Of a DNA stretch of 49,697 bases, positions 16,113 to 24,535 are shown in pieces (within the stretch, counting starts at the first letter, position 1; every line of letters starts with the position of its first letter). Made by a program: the position numbers and the translations under genes. This DNA comes from a phage, in NCBI GenBank assembly GCA_026165385.1, contig GCA_026165385.1_4524.2; one strand, 5' to 3'. The notes under the pieces were generated by a model. That model was not told the DNA's origin, searched no databases, and was given only the letters and a program-made list of their open reading frames with translations.

Positions 16113-16571
16113 ATGACTATCAATTCGGAAGTTTTTATCCGCCGTAATAAACTCCGTCGAATCTTTGAAACGGAGTTCCGCAAAATAAATGCCGGTATAA
16201 AAGATGCTGCAAAGTCTCTTGGACTACCAGGCTTTCATATCAAGTATTCTCAACATCTCTTAGATCGTGCCATCCAGAGAGAAATAGATGAGAATTACGT
16301 TTTTGAATTATTTCGTAAAGTAAAAAATCATGTTAAAGAAGTTACAGAATTTTTATCAATGCCGGCACGTCCAGATGTTGATGAAGATTTTGTCGAAGGT
16401 GTCGAATACCGTCCAGGCCGTTTAGAAATAACTGATGGAAATCTTTGGTTAGGACTTACAGTTTGTCGCGAAAATCCAGCATTCAAAATGAAGACTCTTC
16501 AATGCAGAATGGCTATTATTAACAGTAAACGACTACCAGGAAAAGCTTCTAAAGCAGTGATTAAAATCTAG
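16113..16571 (+). CDS. regB: RegB-like sequence-specific endoribonuclease
   Basis: 152 aa starting MTINSEVFIRRNKLRR, matching my recollection of T4 RegB; location between denV and tk as in T4. Confidence 0.65.
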   Translation: MTINSEVFIRRNKLRRIFETEFRKINAGIKDAAKSLGLPGFHIKYSQHLLDRAIQREIDENYVFELFRKVKNHVKEVTEFLSMPARPDVDEDFVEGVEYRPGRLEITDGNLWLGLTVCRENPAFKMKTLQCRMAIINSKRLPGKASKAVIKI

Positions 16572-16579
16572 AGGTAAAC

Positions 16580-17122
16580 ATGAGAAAAGCACTACTCGCT
16601 GGTCTATTTGCTCTTTCATTATCAGCACATAGCTCCGAGCATACTTTTAGTAATGTCCAACTCGATAACTTGAATTATGCTTATCAGTTTGGGGAACAGT
16701 TTTCTAAGGATGGAAAATTTAAAACGCATGAAAATATGCATAAGAAAGGACTTGGATACATAATGGCTGCAATACTATGGCAAGAATCATCTGCCGGTAT
16801 TAATCTTAAAGATAAGAAAGGTCACCATGCGTATGGAATGTTCCAAAACTATCTACCGACAATGAGGGCAAGAATTAACCAGCTTGGTTATAATATGACT
16901 GATGCCCAAATTAAGAAAATGCTATCTAAGCGGTCTAATTCAGCCAGATGGGCTTATATCGAATTTTCTTATTGGTTAAATATACATAACGGGGATATAA
17001 GAAAAGCTATATCCTCATATAATGCGGGATGGAAGACAAGTGCTGGAAGTAAATATGCTTCTGAAGTCCTAGAAAAGGCTAATTACCTTAAATCAAATAA
17101 ACTACTGGAAATAAAAGAATGA
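16580..17122 (+). CDS. Secreted lytic transglycosylase (SLT domain) with signal peptide
   Basis: N-terminal signal peptide MRKALLAGLFALSLSAHS; SLT-like motifs WQESSAG, YGMFQ and SYNAGW. Confidence 0.7.
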   Translation: MRKALLAGLFALSLSAHSSEHTFSNVQLDNLNYAYQFGEQFSKDGKFKTHENMHKKGLGYIMAAILWQESSAGINLKDKKGHHAYGMFQNYLPTMRARINQLGYNMTDAQIKKMLSKRSNSARWAYIEFSYWLNIHNGDIRKAISSYNAGWKTSAGSKYASEVLEKANYLKSNKLLEIKE

Positions 17123-17466
17123 CCAAAATGTTGGCTTTAATAGTTGGCTTGGTTTCATTTAACACTCTTGCTAATACTACATATACTGATGTAACGGAGT
17201 ATACAAACAGAACGGCGTCTGATTATTGTGGTAAAAGTCAAGAGTGTAAAGTAGATTTTTCACAAAAATTGTTATATGCGTATAAAGACGGAGAAAAAGA
17301 TGGGGCGTCTAGTAGGTTCAAGGCGTCTACCTTAATTAAAAGATACTATAAAAAATGGCAAATATTAGAATGCTCGGTGGCGGAACCTAAAGATAAGGCA
17401 GCATGCAATTCTATGGTGGACCGTCTAGTTGACTCTTATACTAGAGGACTTGCAGCAAGTGATTAA
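17119..17466 (+). CDS. Secreted/periplasmic Cys-containing protein, 115 aa
   Basis: N-terminal signal peptide MTKMLALIVGLVSFNTLA; four Cys; ATGA overlap with the SLT gene. Confidence 0.55.
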   Translation: MTKMLALIVGLVSFNTLANTTYTDVTEYTNRTASDYCGKSQECKVDFSQKLLYAYKDGEKDGASSRFKASTLIKRYYKKWQILECSVAEPKDKAACNSMVDRLVDSYTRGLAASD

Positions 17467-17923
17467 AAACTATATCAAGGGCGATATTGTCGCCCTGTTT
17501 TCTAAAGGTAATAATATTGCTCATGGGTGTAATTGTTTTCATACAATGGGCGCTGGTGTGGCGGGTCAATTAGCAAAGGCGTATCCAAAAATTCTGGAAG
17601 CCGATAAACTTCAAACCGAATTCGGAGACGAGTCTAAACTCGGGACTTATTCGGTTTATGAAAAATATTTTAAGGCCCATAAAGCTTATTGCTTTAATCT
17701 TTATACACAGTTTAAGCCGGGACCTAATTTTGAGTACTCTGCTTTAATGAATTGTATAATAGAATTAAATGAATTCGGAAAGAATAAGATAACAAAGCCT
17801 GTAATTTATATGCCAAGAATTGGTGCAGGTATTGGTGGTGGAAACTGGGATGTCATCGAAGAGATTTTAGATACGTATTCCACTAAACTAGAAATTGTGA
17901 TTGTTGATTGGGAACCTAAATGA
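17459..17923 (+). CDS. Macro domain protein (putative ADP-ribose binding/hydrolase), GTG start
   Basis: Motifs GDIV..., NIAHGCNCFHTMGAGVAGQLAK (compare NAAN...GGGV.GAI) and PRIGAGIGGG (compare P.ISTG.YG); no in-frame ATG near the 5' end, GTG at 17459 after SD GAGGA. Confidence 0.55.
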   Translation: MIKNYIKGDIVALFSKGNNIAHGCNCFHTMGAGVAGQLAKAYPKILEADKLQTEFGDESKLGTYSVYEKYFKAHKAYCFNLYTQFKPGPNFEYSALMNCIIELNEFGKNKITKPVIYMPRIGAGIGGGNWDVIEEILDTYSTKLEIVIVDWEPK

Positions 17924-18102
17924 AATTGACTAAAGAAGAGAAAACTAAACTGTTCGAACTTATCCATGACCTATTGGATGAGCAAGCAGCCACCAATGCG
18001 TACGATGAATATGCTCCTTTAACAGATGAAGAATATCAAGCATTGATGGAATCATTTGACAGGAAAGAACAAGAACTCATTGACTACGTGAATTCACTAT
18101 AA
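17920..18102 (+). CDS. Hypothetical acidic protein, 60 aa
   Basis: ATGA overlap with the upstream gene. Confidence 0.5.
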   Translation: MKLTKEEKTKLFELIHDLLDEQAATNAYDEYAPLTDEEYQALMESFDRKEQELIDYVNSL

Positions 18103-18111
18103 GGGACTCTT

Positions 18112-18693
18112 ATGGCTAGTTTAATTTTTACATATGCCGCTATGAACGCTGGTAAGTCTGCTTCATTACTTACTGCCGCACATAACTATAAAGAACGTGG
18201 CATGGGTGTATTAGTTCTTAAACCGGCTATTGATACTCGTGATTCAAAAGGTGAAATAGTCTCTCGTATTGGTATTCGTCAGGATGCCAATATAATTACA
18301 AAAGACATGGATATCTTTGAATTCTATAAATGGGCTGCAGCACAAAAGGATATTCACTGTGTATTTGTTGACGAAGCTCAGTTCTTAACTACTGAAAAGG
18401 TGTATCAACTTAGTCGTATTGTTGACGTATACAATGTGCCGGTAATGGCATACGGACTACGAACAGATTTTAAAGGTAATCTATTTGAAGGTTCTCAAGC
18501 ATTAATGGCTATTGCCGATAAGCTTGTTGAACTTAAAGGTGTCTGTCATTGTGGTAAAAAGGCCACAATGGTAGCTAGAGTCACGGAAGACGGACTTCCA
18601 ATTACAGATGGCAGTCAAATTGAAATTGGTGATACCGATAGATATGTGTCATTATGCCGGAAGCATTGGAACGATTTGACAGGGTTGTTATAA
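18112..18693 (+). CDS. tk: Thymidine kinase
   Basis: 193 aa; P-loop AMNAGKSASLL, VFVDEAQFL, C-terminal zinc-type Cys pairs; close match to T4 Tk as I recall it. Confidence 0.95.
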   Translation: MASLIFTYAAMNAGKSASLLTAAHNYKERGMGVLVLKPAIDTRDSKGEIVSRIGIRQDANIITKDMDIFEFYKWAAAQKDIHCVFVDEAQFLTTEKVYQLSRIVDVYNVPVMAYGLRTDFKGNLFEGSQALMAIADKLVELKGVCHCGKKATMVARVTEDGLPITDGSQIEIGDTDRYVSLCRKHWNDLTGLL

Positions 18694-18696
18694 ATA
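18689..18696 (+). promoter_or_regulatory. Late promoter-like TATAAATA box
   Basis: Exact TATAAATA at 18689-18696 overlapping the tk stop, about 25 nt upstream of the next start. Confidence 0.4.
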
Positions 18697-18720
18697 CTAA
18701 TATCTAACCAAGAGGTATAT

Positions 18721-18933
18721 ATGCAGCAATTAAACGAAAGACAACTTCGTAATCTTACTGTAACCCAATTGGATGAAATCCGAAGAGAATTAGGACATTC
18801 TATTTCTCATTTAAACGAGGATATCCGTCAAACTGGTTCTAAAGCTGATTATACACGCAAGCGCAAGCTGGAAAAATACCTCGCAGATGTTAAGGCCGTC
18901 CAAAGGCGAAAAATAAATACTGGCCAAAATTAA
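18721..18933 (+). CDS. Hypothetical basic protein, 70 aa
   Basis: SD AAGAGG before the ATG. Confidence 0.55.
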   Translation: MQQLNERQLRNLTVTQLDEIRRELGHSISHLNEDIRQTGSKADYTRKRKLEKYLADVKAVQRRKINTGQN

Positions 18934-18945
18934 CAGGAGGCCTAT

Positions 18946-19248
18946 ATGGCCTTAAGAGCGATAGCCATTGTGGCGATGCTGGGGTTTTTTGCAGCAACGA
19001 CTCCTATTGTTGGCACTGCATATGTTGACCCATACTTTGATAACTTTATGGAATCAGGGATTAAAAACGTATATACTTTGTTTGAAATTCAAAATGTCGA
19101 GAATTCTGAAAAATTCTATAAGTATATGGCAAAGCATTACAAAAATAGCCCCTGTGATGATGCATTTGAATGTCATGAACAAGGCATAAAAACTGCCAGA
19201 CAATTTGCCGAGTTCATGAAAATAAAATTAGAGCCTACATCTATCTAA
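18946..19248 (+). CDS. Hypothetical protein with N-terminal signal/anchor, 100 aa
   Basis: SD AGGAGG; hydrophobic N-terminus ALRAIAIVAMLGFFAATT. Confidence 0.55.
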   Translation: MALRAIAIVAMLGFFAATTPIVGTAYVDPYFDNFMESGIKNVYTLFEIQNVENSEKFYKYMAKHYKNSPCDDAFECHEQGIKTARQFAEFMKIKLEPTSI

Positions 19249-19254
19249 TTTACT

Positions 19255-19282
19255 AGCCCCTTCCGAAAGGTTGGGGCTTTTT
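19255..19282 (+). terminator. Rho-independent terminator
   Basis: Stem AGCCCC / GGGGCT then TTTTT; flanks nearly identical to the terminator at 2864. Confidence 0.6.
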
Positions 19283-19293
19283 GGCATCTATCA

Positions 19294-19345
19294 GTTTACT
19301 TCTCCTCAGGTTGTGTTATAGTAAACCTTACTTACTAGAGGAGAA
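19294..19345 (+). promoter_or_regulatory. Early promoter with inverted repeat including the SD
   Basis: GTTTAC 19294-19299; TCTCCTC / GAGGAGA arms; -10-like TGTTATAGT. Confidence 0.45.
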
Positions 19346-19349
19346 CGTT

Positions 19350-19529
19350 ATGTCACGTAAAGAAAAAATTTCTAAGTTAATGTTTTTGATTGAAGAGTAC
19401 GCTAATGCGGTATCTGATTGGGAAAATGCTCATGGTTGCGAAGATGGAGACATCGACATTAACAGAGCTATGAAAAAGATGGCTGACGCCCACACCGAAT
19501 TGCAAATGTATGTTAACGAGATTATGTGA
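19350..19529 (+). CDS. Hypothetical protein, 59 aa
   Basis: ATG at 19350 after SD GAGGAGAA. Confidence 0.5.
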   Translation: MSRKEKISKLMFLIEEYANAVSDWENAHGCEDGDIDINRAMKKMADAHTELQMYVNEIM

Positions 19530-19536
19530 GGATATT

Positions 19537-19743
19537 ATGCTTTACGATTATACTGGAAAATCTGAAGACGGCGTACTTGAACTTTTACCTGAAAGCGCTG
19601 AAGATGATGATATGGTGGTGATGTTTTGTAAAAATGGTCCTGGGGATAAGGGATGGATTTATCTTCGCCAAGAAAATGACCTAATTGTTTTGGACCCTAA
19701 ACAAGTTGAAGAACTTTATCAACATTTAAAACACAATCGGTAG
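19537..19743 (+). CDS. Hypothetical acidic protein, 68 aa
   Basis: ATG at 19537 after SD GAGGA, just downstream of the previous stop. Confidence 0.5.
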   Translation: MLYDYTGKSEDGVLELLPESAEDDDMVVMFCKNGPGDKGWIYLRQENDLIVLDPKQVEELYQHLKHNR

Positions 19744-19780
19744 TTTACATCTTGGTAGGACTATGTTATAGTAGTCCTAC
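19744..19780 (+). promoter_or_regulatory. Early promoter with stem-loop (PeSL-type cassette)
   Basis: GTTTAC 19744-19749; inverted repeat GTAGGACTA / TAGTCCTAC around TGTTATAGT; copy of the element at 533. Confidence 0.5.
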
Positions 19781-19800
19781 CAAAACAAATGGAGAACAAA

Positions 19801-19911
19801 ATGAAACTTTTGCTTATCGTATACGTTGTGATACAATACAATTATCCGATGTTTACCTATAACATGGTAAACGGCATAGTGAATCTTATTGAAACGAGTA
19901 TGGTAAAATGA
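19801..19911 (+). CDS. Small hydrophobic peptide, 36 aa (not in ORF track)
   Basis: ATG after GGAG following a promoter cassette; ATGA overlap with the next small ORF. Confidence 0.3.
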   Translation: MKLLLIVYVVIQYNYPMFTYNMVNGIVNLIETSMVK

Positions 19912-20087
19912 CCCGTGAACAAGCTAATAAATTGATGGACCTTATCCGTGACCTACGTGAAGCCGATTCAGATTTGAATGATGTAGCTTATCACGCGGTA
20001 AATGATAACGGAGACTTTTATGAAAATCAGGTTGATGCTTGCCAGGATGCTTTGGTGAATTTTGTTGAAACTTTAATTGGTGAATAA
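19908..20087 (+). CDS. Small acidic protein, 59 aa (not in ORF track)
   Basis: ATG at 19908 overlapping the upstream stop; stop TAA at 20085-20087, 1 nt before the next start. Confidence 0.4.
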   Translation: MTREQANKLMDLIRDLREADSDLNDVAYHAVNDNGDFYENQVDACQDALVNFVETLIGE

Positions 20088-20088
20088 T

Positions 20089-20619
20089 ATGAAAACTGTA
20101 ATTGAAACAACCGAGTTGTTTGGCGATTTATGTATCGAAAAACGTGGTTATGCTTACGTTCTGACACAAGAAGATGATGCTGTTACTATTCTTCCTATGG
20201 AACTGGACAAGATTTTGAAACTCAATCCGCCCGGCCATGCATCTGTAATTAACATTGATGAAGACCTTCAAGTTCGTTTTTATCACGGTCTTTATAGTGG
20301 GGTTAATATCGAAACAGAAGATGAATGCCTTTCTATCAATAATTGGAAAACATTCGTCACTAAGGTGAAAGAATTCATAGAATCTGAAACTGCCAAAAAG
20401 GCCAAACTTCAATGGGCTAAATGCCGTAATGCTTTTATTACAAATCAGGACCGCCCTGACTATACAACAGTCCTAGGCGTTAATCCTTCTTATGAAGACG
20501 GTGATGTCGTAGTTATTCGCCAAATTGATGACCTTCGTCAGCATATCGTTACATTAGACAAAGATGAAGCAGTTGCTCTTAAAGCTTATCTCGATTCTAT
20601 TATCCCAACTTTGAAATAA
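20089..20619 (+). CDS. Hypothetical protein, 176 aa
   Basis: ATG at 20089 (track ORF extends 12 nt upstream); no recognised domain. Confidence 0.6.
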   Translation: MKTVIETTELFGDLCIEKRGYAYVLTQEDDAVTILPMELDKILKLNPPGHASVINIDEDLQVRFYHGLYSGVNIETEDECLSINNWKTFVTKVKEFIESETAKKAKLQWAKCRNAFITNQDRPDYTTVLGVNPSYEDGDVVVIRQIDDLRQHIVTLDKDEAVALKAYLDSIIPTLK

Positions 20620-20628
20620 GGAATTATT

Positions 20629-21102
20629 ATGATTATCAATGAAAACTCTTGGCACTTTAAAATTTATGCCGCGTTTAATAGTACATGGAATCGTCCGAAA
20701 ACGTTGTGTGCTTATTTTTGGAAAACGTTTCTCCCGGTATTGTTTGTTTCGATTATTGGATTTGCGATTTTAGCAGCGGCCACAATCGTTGGCCAGGAAA
20801 TTTTAACTAAATTCTTTGTCTTTAGTAGTTTATGGACATTAGTTCCGGCCTCAATTGGTGTAGGTGTTTTATTCATTGCATTATGTGTTGGTATTTCTAT
20901 AGTTTTAGTATTAGGCATACCGTGGCTAATCGACTTATACAGAGAGCGGAAGTATTATAAAGAAGTTGAGCTCATTGCACAAAACCAAGAACGAATTAAA
21001 AATGGACTTGAGCCTATTGAACGTAAGAAATCATTAATAGGTGAATACCTTAAAGCTCGTAAAGAAAAAGTCTGTCCTACTCTTGAATATAAGGCTAAAT
21101 GA
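20629..21102 (+). CDS. Membrane protein, 157 aa
   Basis: SD AAGGAA; several hydrophobic helices then a charged C-terminal tail. Confidence 0.6.
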   Translation: MIINENSWHFKIYAAFNSTWNRPKTLCAYFWKTFLPVLFVSIIGFAILAAATIVGQEILTKFFVFSSLWTLVPASIGVGVLFIALCVGISIVLVLGIPWLIDLYRERKYYKEVELIAQNQERIKNGLEPIERKKSLIGEYLKARKEKVCPTLEYKAK

Positions 21103-22088
21103 TGAAAACAATTGTGAAAACTTACTTTGGTAGCCACCTTTATGGAACGTCTACTCCTGAATCTGACGTCGATTTTAAAGAAATTTATGTCCCTCATGCT
21201 CGTGATATCTTGACCGGTAACGTTAAAGAACACATGAGCAAGAACACGAATAACACATCTTCTAAGAACACAAAAGACGACGTAGACCATGAGTTGTATA
21301 GTCTCAAATATTTCTTTAAACTAGCTGCGGATGGTGAAACCGTCGCATTAGATATGCTTCACACTCCACAAAGTCTAGTAGTTAAATCTGATTTGCCTGA
21401 CGTGTGGAAGTATATTCAAGATAACAGGTCTCGTTTCTATACCACTAACATGAAATCTTATTTAGGGTATGTCCGTAAGCAAGCTTCTAAATACGGTGTC
21501 AAGGGTTCTCGACTGGCTGTTCTTCGTCAAGCCCTTAAACGTTCTAATGAATGGGGACAATACTTTGATAATGGCGCAGTAATTCGTTTATCACATATGA
21601 AGAATGTTCTGCCTGTAGGTGAATTTGCTTCGTGGGTTGAAACCGAAAACGAGAAAACAGGTAAGCAAACATTCTATAATCTGTTAGATCGTAAATTCCA
21701 AGATACGTTAACCAATAAAGAGTTCAATGCCATCCTGGTTAAACTTGAAGAGAACTATGGTGAACGTGCTCGTAAGGCAGAAGCTAACGAAGGTATTGAC
21801 TGGAAAGCATTGAGTCATGCATGTCGTGGTGGACTTCAATTATTGGAAATTTACAAAACCGGTGACTTGGTTTACCCGCTTCAGGATGCTCCATTTATTC
21901 TCGATGTTAAGCTTGGTAAACATACGTTTAAAACCGTACAGGAATTCCTAGAAGATATCGTTGACCAAGTTGAACATGCAGCAGAACAAGCTGCTAAGAA
22001 CGGTATGCAACAAAAAGTAGATATGAGTTTCTGGGATGACTTCCTTGAACAAGTCTACTTAGAAAACCACAATTCGTACTATAAATGA
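21099..22088 (+). CDS. Nucleotidyltransferase-fold protein, 329 aa
   Basis: N-terminus MMKTIVKTYFGSHLYGTSTPESDVDFKEIYVP fits the Pol-beta-type NTase signature (GS...D.D); ATGA overlap with the upstream gene. Confidence 0.65.
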   Translation: MMKTIVKTYFGSHLYGTSTPESDVDFKEIYVPHARDILTGNVKEHMSKNTNNTSSKNTKDDVDHELYSLKYFFKLAADGETVALDMLHTPQSLVVKSDLPDVWKYIQDNRSRFYTTNMKSYLGYVRKQASKYGVKGSRLAVLRQALKRSNEWGQYFDNGAVIRLSHMKNVLPVGEFASWVETENEKTGKQTFYNLLDRKFQDTLTNKEFNAILVKLEENYGERARKAEANEGIDWKALSHACRGGLQLLEIYKTGDLVYPLQDAPFILDVKLGKHTFKTVQEFLEDIVDQVEHAAEQAAKNGMQQKVDMSFWDDFLEQVYLENHNSYYK

Positions 22089-22090
22089 TA

Positions 22091-22108
22091 AGGGCCTTCG
22101 GGCCCTTT
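22091..22108 (+). terminator. Terminator-like hairpin
   Basis: AGGGCC-TTCG-GGCCCT hairpin followed by a short T-run. Confidence 0.35.
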
Positions 22109-22135
22109 AGGGGGTCAAAATATTTTTAAAAAGTA

Positions 22136-22164
22136 GTGTACATGCTTTTAGGATATGTTATTAT
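22136..22164 (+). promoter_or_regulatory. Early promoter-like element
   Basis: GTGTAC -35 variant, 17-nt spacer, TATTAT -10 at 22159-22164. Confidence 0.35.
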
Positions 22165-22192
22165 AGACCTATCAAAACAAGAGGAGAACAAA

Positions 22193-22411
22193 ATGAAAAC
22201 CAAAATGTTAGAAATGATTCGTGAAGCTGGTGATAAAGGTCTTATGGTTAACACTCGTGATGCAGACCAACGTCAAGCATTCGGTGAACTGAAATCTAAA
22301 GGTCTTGTTAAAGCATCCTTGGGAATCGGTAATGCATTACGAGTCACTTTGACTCCTGCTGGTAAAGCAGTGTTCTTTCAACCTCTTACCAAAAAATCTC
22401 GTCGCAAATAA
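22193..22411 (+). CDS. Small basic protein, 72 aa
   Basis: ATG at 22193 after SD GAGGAGAA. Confidence 0.55.
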   Translation: MKTKMLEMIREAGDKGLMVNTRDADQRQAFGELKSKGLVKASLGIGNALRVTLTPAGKAVFFQPLTKKSRRK

Positions 22412-22413
22412 TT

Positions 22414-22442
22414 GTTTACTTTTGCTTTAAACATGTTATTAT
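22414..22442 (+). promoter_or_regulatory. Early promoter-like element
   Basis: GTTTAC 22414-22419 and TATTAT -10 at 22437-22442. Confidence 0.4.
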
Positions 22443-22481
22443 AGACCTATCGAAACGAAATGAGTAAATTTGGAGAATAAA

Positions 22482-23462
22482 ATGTTCAACGTTCAAATCA
22501 AAAAAGGTATCTATCGTAATAACGAAATCTCTGGTTCTTATGTTGCCACAAAGACATGGTTCCCGGCAAAGCTTAATCCTGAATGTTCCCACTTAGGTGA
22601 CGGTAAAATTTTCGTTATGATTGATGGTTCTGAACGTGGAGTATGGGTCTTCAAATCAGACATCGTAATGGAAGGAGTTGAGACACCACCAGTTGCAGTT
22701 GTTGAAAGCACTGAAGATATGAAAACTCGTATCAACAAACGCTTTAAAGTAATGAACATGATGACGAATGGCATTATCGACGGCAAAATTCGTTCACTCA
22801 TTATTTCAGGTGCAGCCGGTATTGGTAAGACGTATTCTCTGGATAAAGCACTTAATAATGCTAATGATAATGGTTTCATCAAATACAAAAGTATTAATGG
22901 TAAAATCTCTGGTATTGGCCTTTACGAACAACTTTGGCTCAACCGTGATGCAGACAGCGTTCTCTTAATCGACGACGTTGACGTATTCTCGGATATGGAC
23001 ATCTTGAACCTTCTTAAAGCAGCATTAGATACCGGTGATAAACGCAAAGTTTGTTGGAGCACTGCGTCATCTTATCTCGAGGATAAGGGTATTGATAAAG
23101 AATTTGAGTTTGAAGGTACTATCGTTTTCATTACAAACGTTGATATCGATAAAGAGTTAGAACGCGGTTCTAAACTTGCTCCACACCTTCAAGCTTTAGT
23201 ATCTCGTTCAGTGTATCTTGACCTTGGAGTACACTCTAATGAAGAGATTATGGTTCGAGTTGAAGATGTAATATTATCTACTGACATGATGCAGAAACGT
23301 GGTCTGACTGATGCAGAAACGTATAAAGCATTATCTTGGATGAAGGCTAACGTATCTCGTCTTCGCAATGTATCATTACGTACGGCTCTTTATGTAGCAG
23401 ATTTTATTTCAACTGATAAAGATGGTTGGGAGGAAATCTCTGAAGTAACTTTACTGAAATAA
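22482..23462 (+). CDS. AAA+ family ATPase, 326 aa
   Basis: Walker A ISGAAGIGKT, Walker B VLLIDDVD; ATG at 22482 after SD GGAGAA. Confidence 0.7.
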   Translation: MFNVQIKKGIYRNNEISGSYVATKTWFPAKLNPECSHLGDGKIFVMIDGSERGVWVFKSDIVMEGVETPPVAVVESTEDMKTRINKRFKVMNMMTNGIIDGKIRSLIISGAAGIGKTYSLDKALNNANDNGFIKYKSINGKISGIGLYEQLWLNRDADSVLLIDDVDVFSDMDILNLLKAALDTGDKRKVCWSTASSYLEDKGIDKEFEFEGTIVFITNVDIDKELERGSKLAPHLQALVSRSVYLDLGVHSNEEIMVRVEDVILSTDMMQKRGLTDAETYKALSWMKANVSRLRNVSLRTALYVADFISTDKDGWEEISEVTLLK

Positions 23463-23599
23463 GCTTATAGGAAGTTCTGAGGTAACAAAAGCCATAAAGA
23501 TGAATAATCATATGGCTTACCTCAAAGAAGGACACCAGGAACCTACTGAGGGCATAGAAAATTTAAAAATAATGATGTACAAATCAAAGAGGATATGTT

Positions 23600-23887
23600 A
23601 TGGATTTTATGCAAAAAATTAAAGCCGCAGTAGAACTGTATGCTCATCGTATGGTTAGTTCTACAATGCAATATAGCGAGGAGGTTCGCCAGGACTCTTC
23701 CTTGAAAGGAAAAACTAAAGCCTTAATTACCTTAGATCGTTTGCAAAAGAATGCCATAGAGATGCTCCAGTACGACAAGGGTGTATATAAGAAAGAACAG
23801 GAAGAGAAACTTAAATCTGAAAAATTACAAAAAATCCCGAAGTCGGTTTGGTTCAGTGGAAAAAATACCGAAAAAAGTTTCTTTTAG
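23600..23887 (+). CDS. Hypothetical protein, 95 aa
   Basis: SD AAGAGGA 6 nt before the ATG. Confidence 0.55.
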   Translation: MDFMQKIKAAVELYAHRMVSSTMQYSEEVRQDSSLKGKTKALITLDRLQKNAIEMLQYDKGVYKKEQEEKLKSEKLQKIPKSVWFSGKNTEKSFF

Positions 23888-23889
23888 TT

Positions 23890-23924
23890 GTTTACAAGGT
23901 CTATGGTTATGTTATTATAGACCT
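23890..23924 (+). promoter_or_regulatory. Early promoter with stem-loop
   Basis: GTTTAC 23890-23895; inverted repeat AGGTCTAT (23897-23904) / ATAGACCT (23917-23924) flanking -10. Confidence 0.5.
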
Positions 23925-23945
23925 ATCAACTACTGGAGGTAAAAC

Positions 23946-24473
23946 ATGAACGCTAAAGATATTTTCAACCTGGTAAATTATAACGACGGTAAATTTAAAT
24001 CTGAAGCACAAAGCAAGTTCTTTAATGATGTTGCTTATGGTAACGAGATTACCGTGGACGGAGGTCAGATTTTCAAATCTCGCTGGAATTGGATTGTTAT
24101 CATCGATTCAGTTGGAATTGTGGAAGTCTACAAAAACACCAACAAAAAACGTACATTATTCTGGTCTCGTGAAACTAACGAGCAATACAAAAAGGATAAA
24201 GCATCTCGTTTATCCAAAGTAACCCAGGAAGATATCGACTTCATCAAGAAAGATATCGAGATGTACGAAAATTTAATTGCTGAAGATCAGGCAGTACTCG
24301 ATAAGTTTGATGAAATTAAAGCTTCTCGTGAAATCCCTGACTTCATGAAAGAAACAGTAAACGAACGATACGCTCTCACTTCAGAACGTATTGCAAACTA
24401 TACAAAACAGAAAGCAGAACGTATTAGTACTCTTCGGAAATTTGAAGAACGTTTAAAGACGGTTCACGCATAA
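23946..24473 (+). CDS. Hypothetical protein, 175 aa
   Basis: SD GGAGG before the ATG. Confidence 0.6.
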   Translation: MNAKDIFNLVNYNDGKFKSEAQSKFFNDVAYGNEITVDGGQIFKSRWNWIVIIDSVGIVEVYKNTNKKRTLFWSRETNEQYKKDKASRLSKVTQEDIDFIKKDIEMYENLIAEDQAVLDKFDEIKASREIPDFMKETVNERYALTSERIANYTKQKAERISTLRKFEERLKTVHA

Positions 24474-24535
24474 ACGCTTTACCCAAGGACGGGTTATAAT
24501 GGTTTTGAGTTCCAATTCAATCTGAGGAAATAGTT

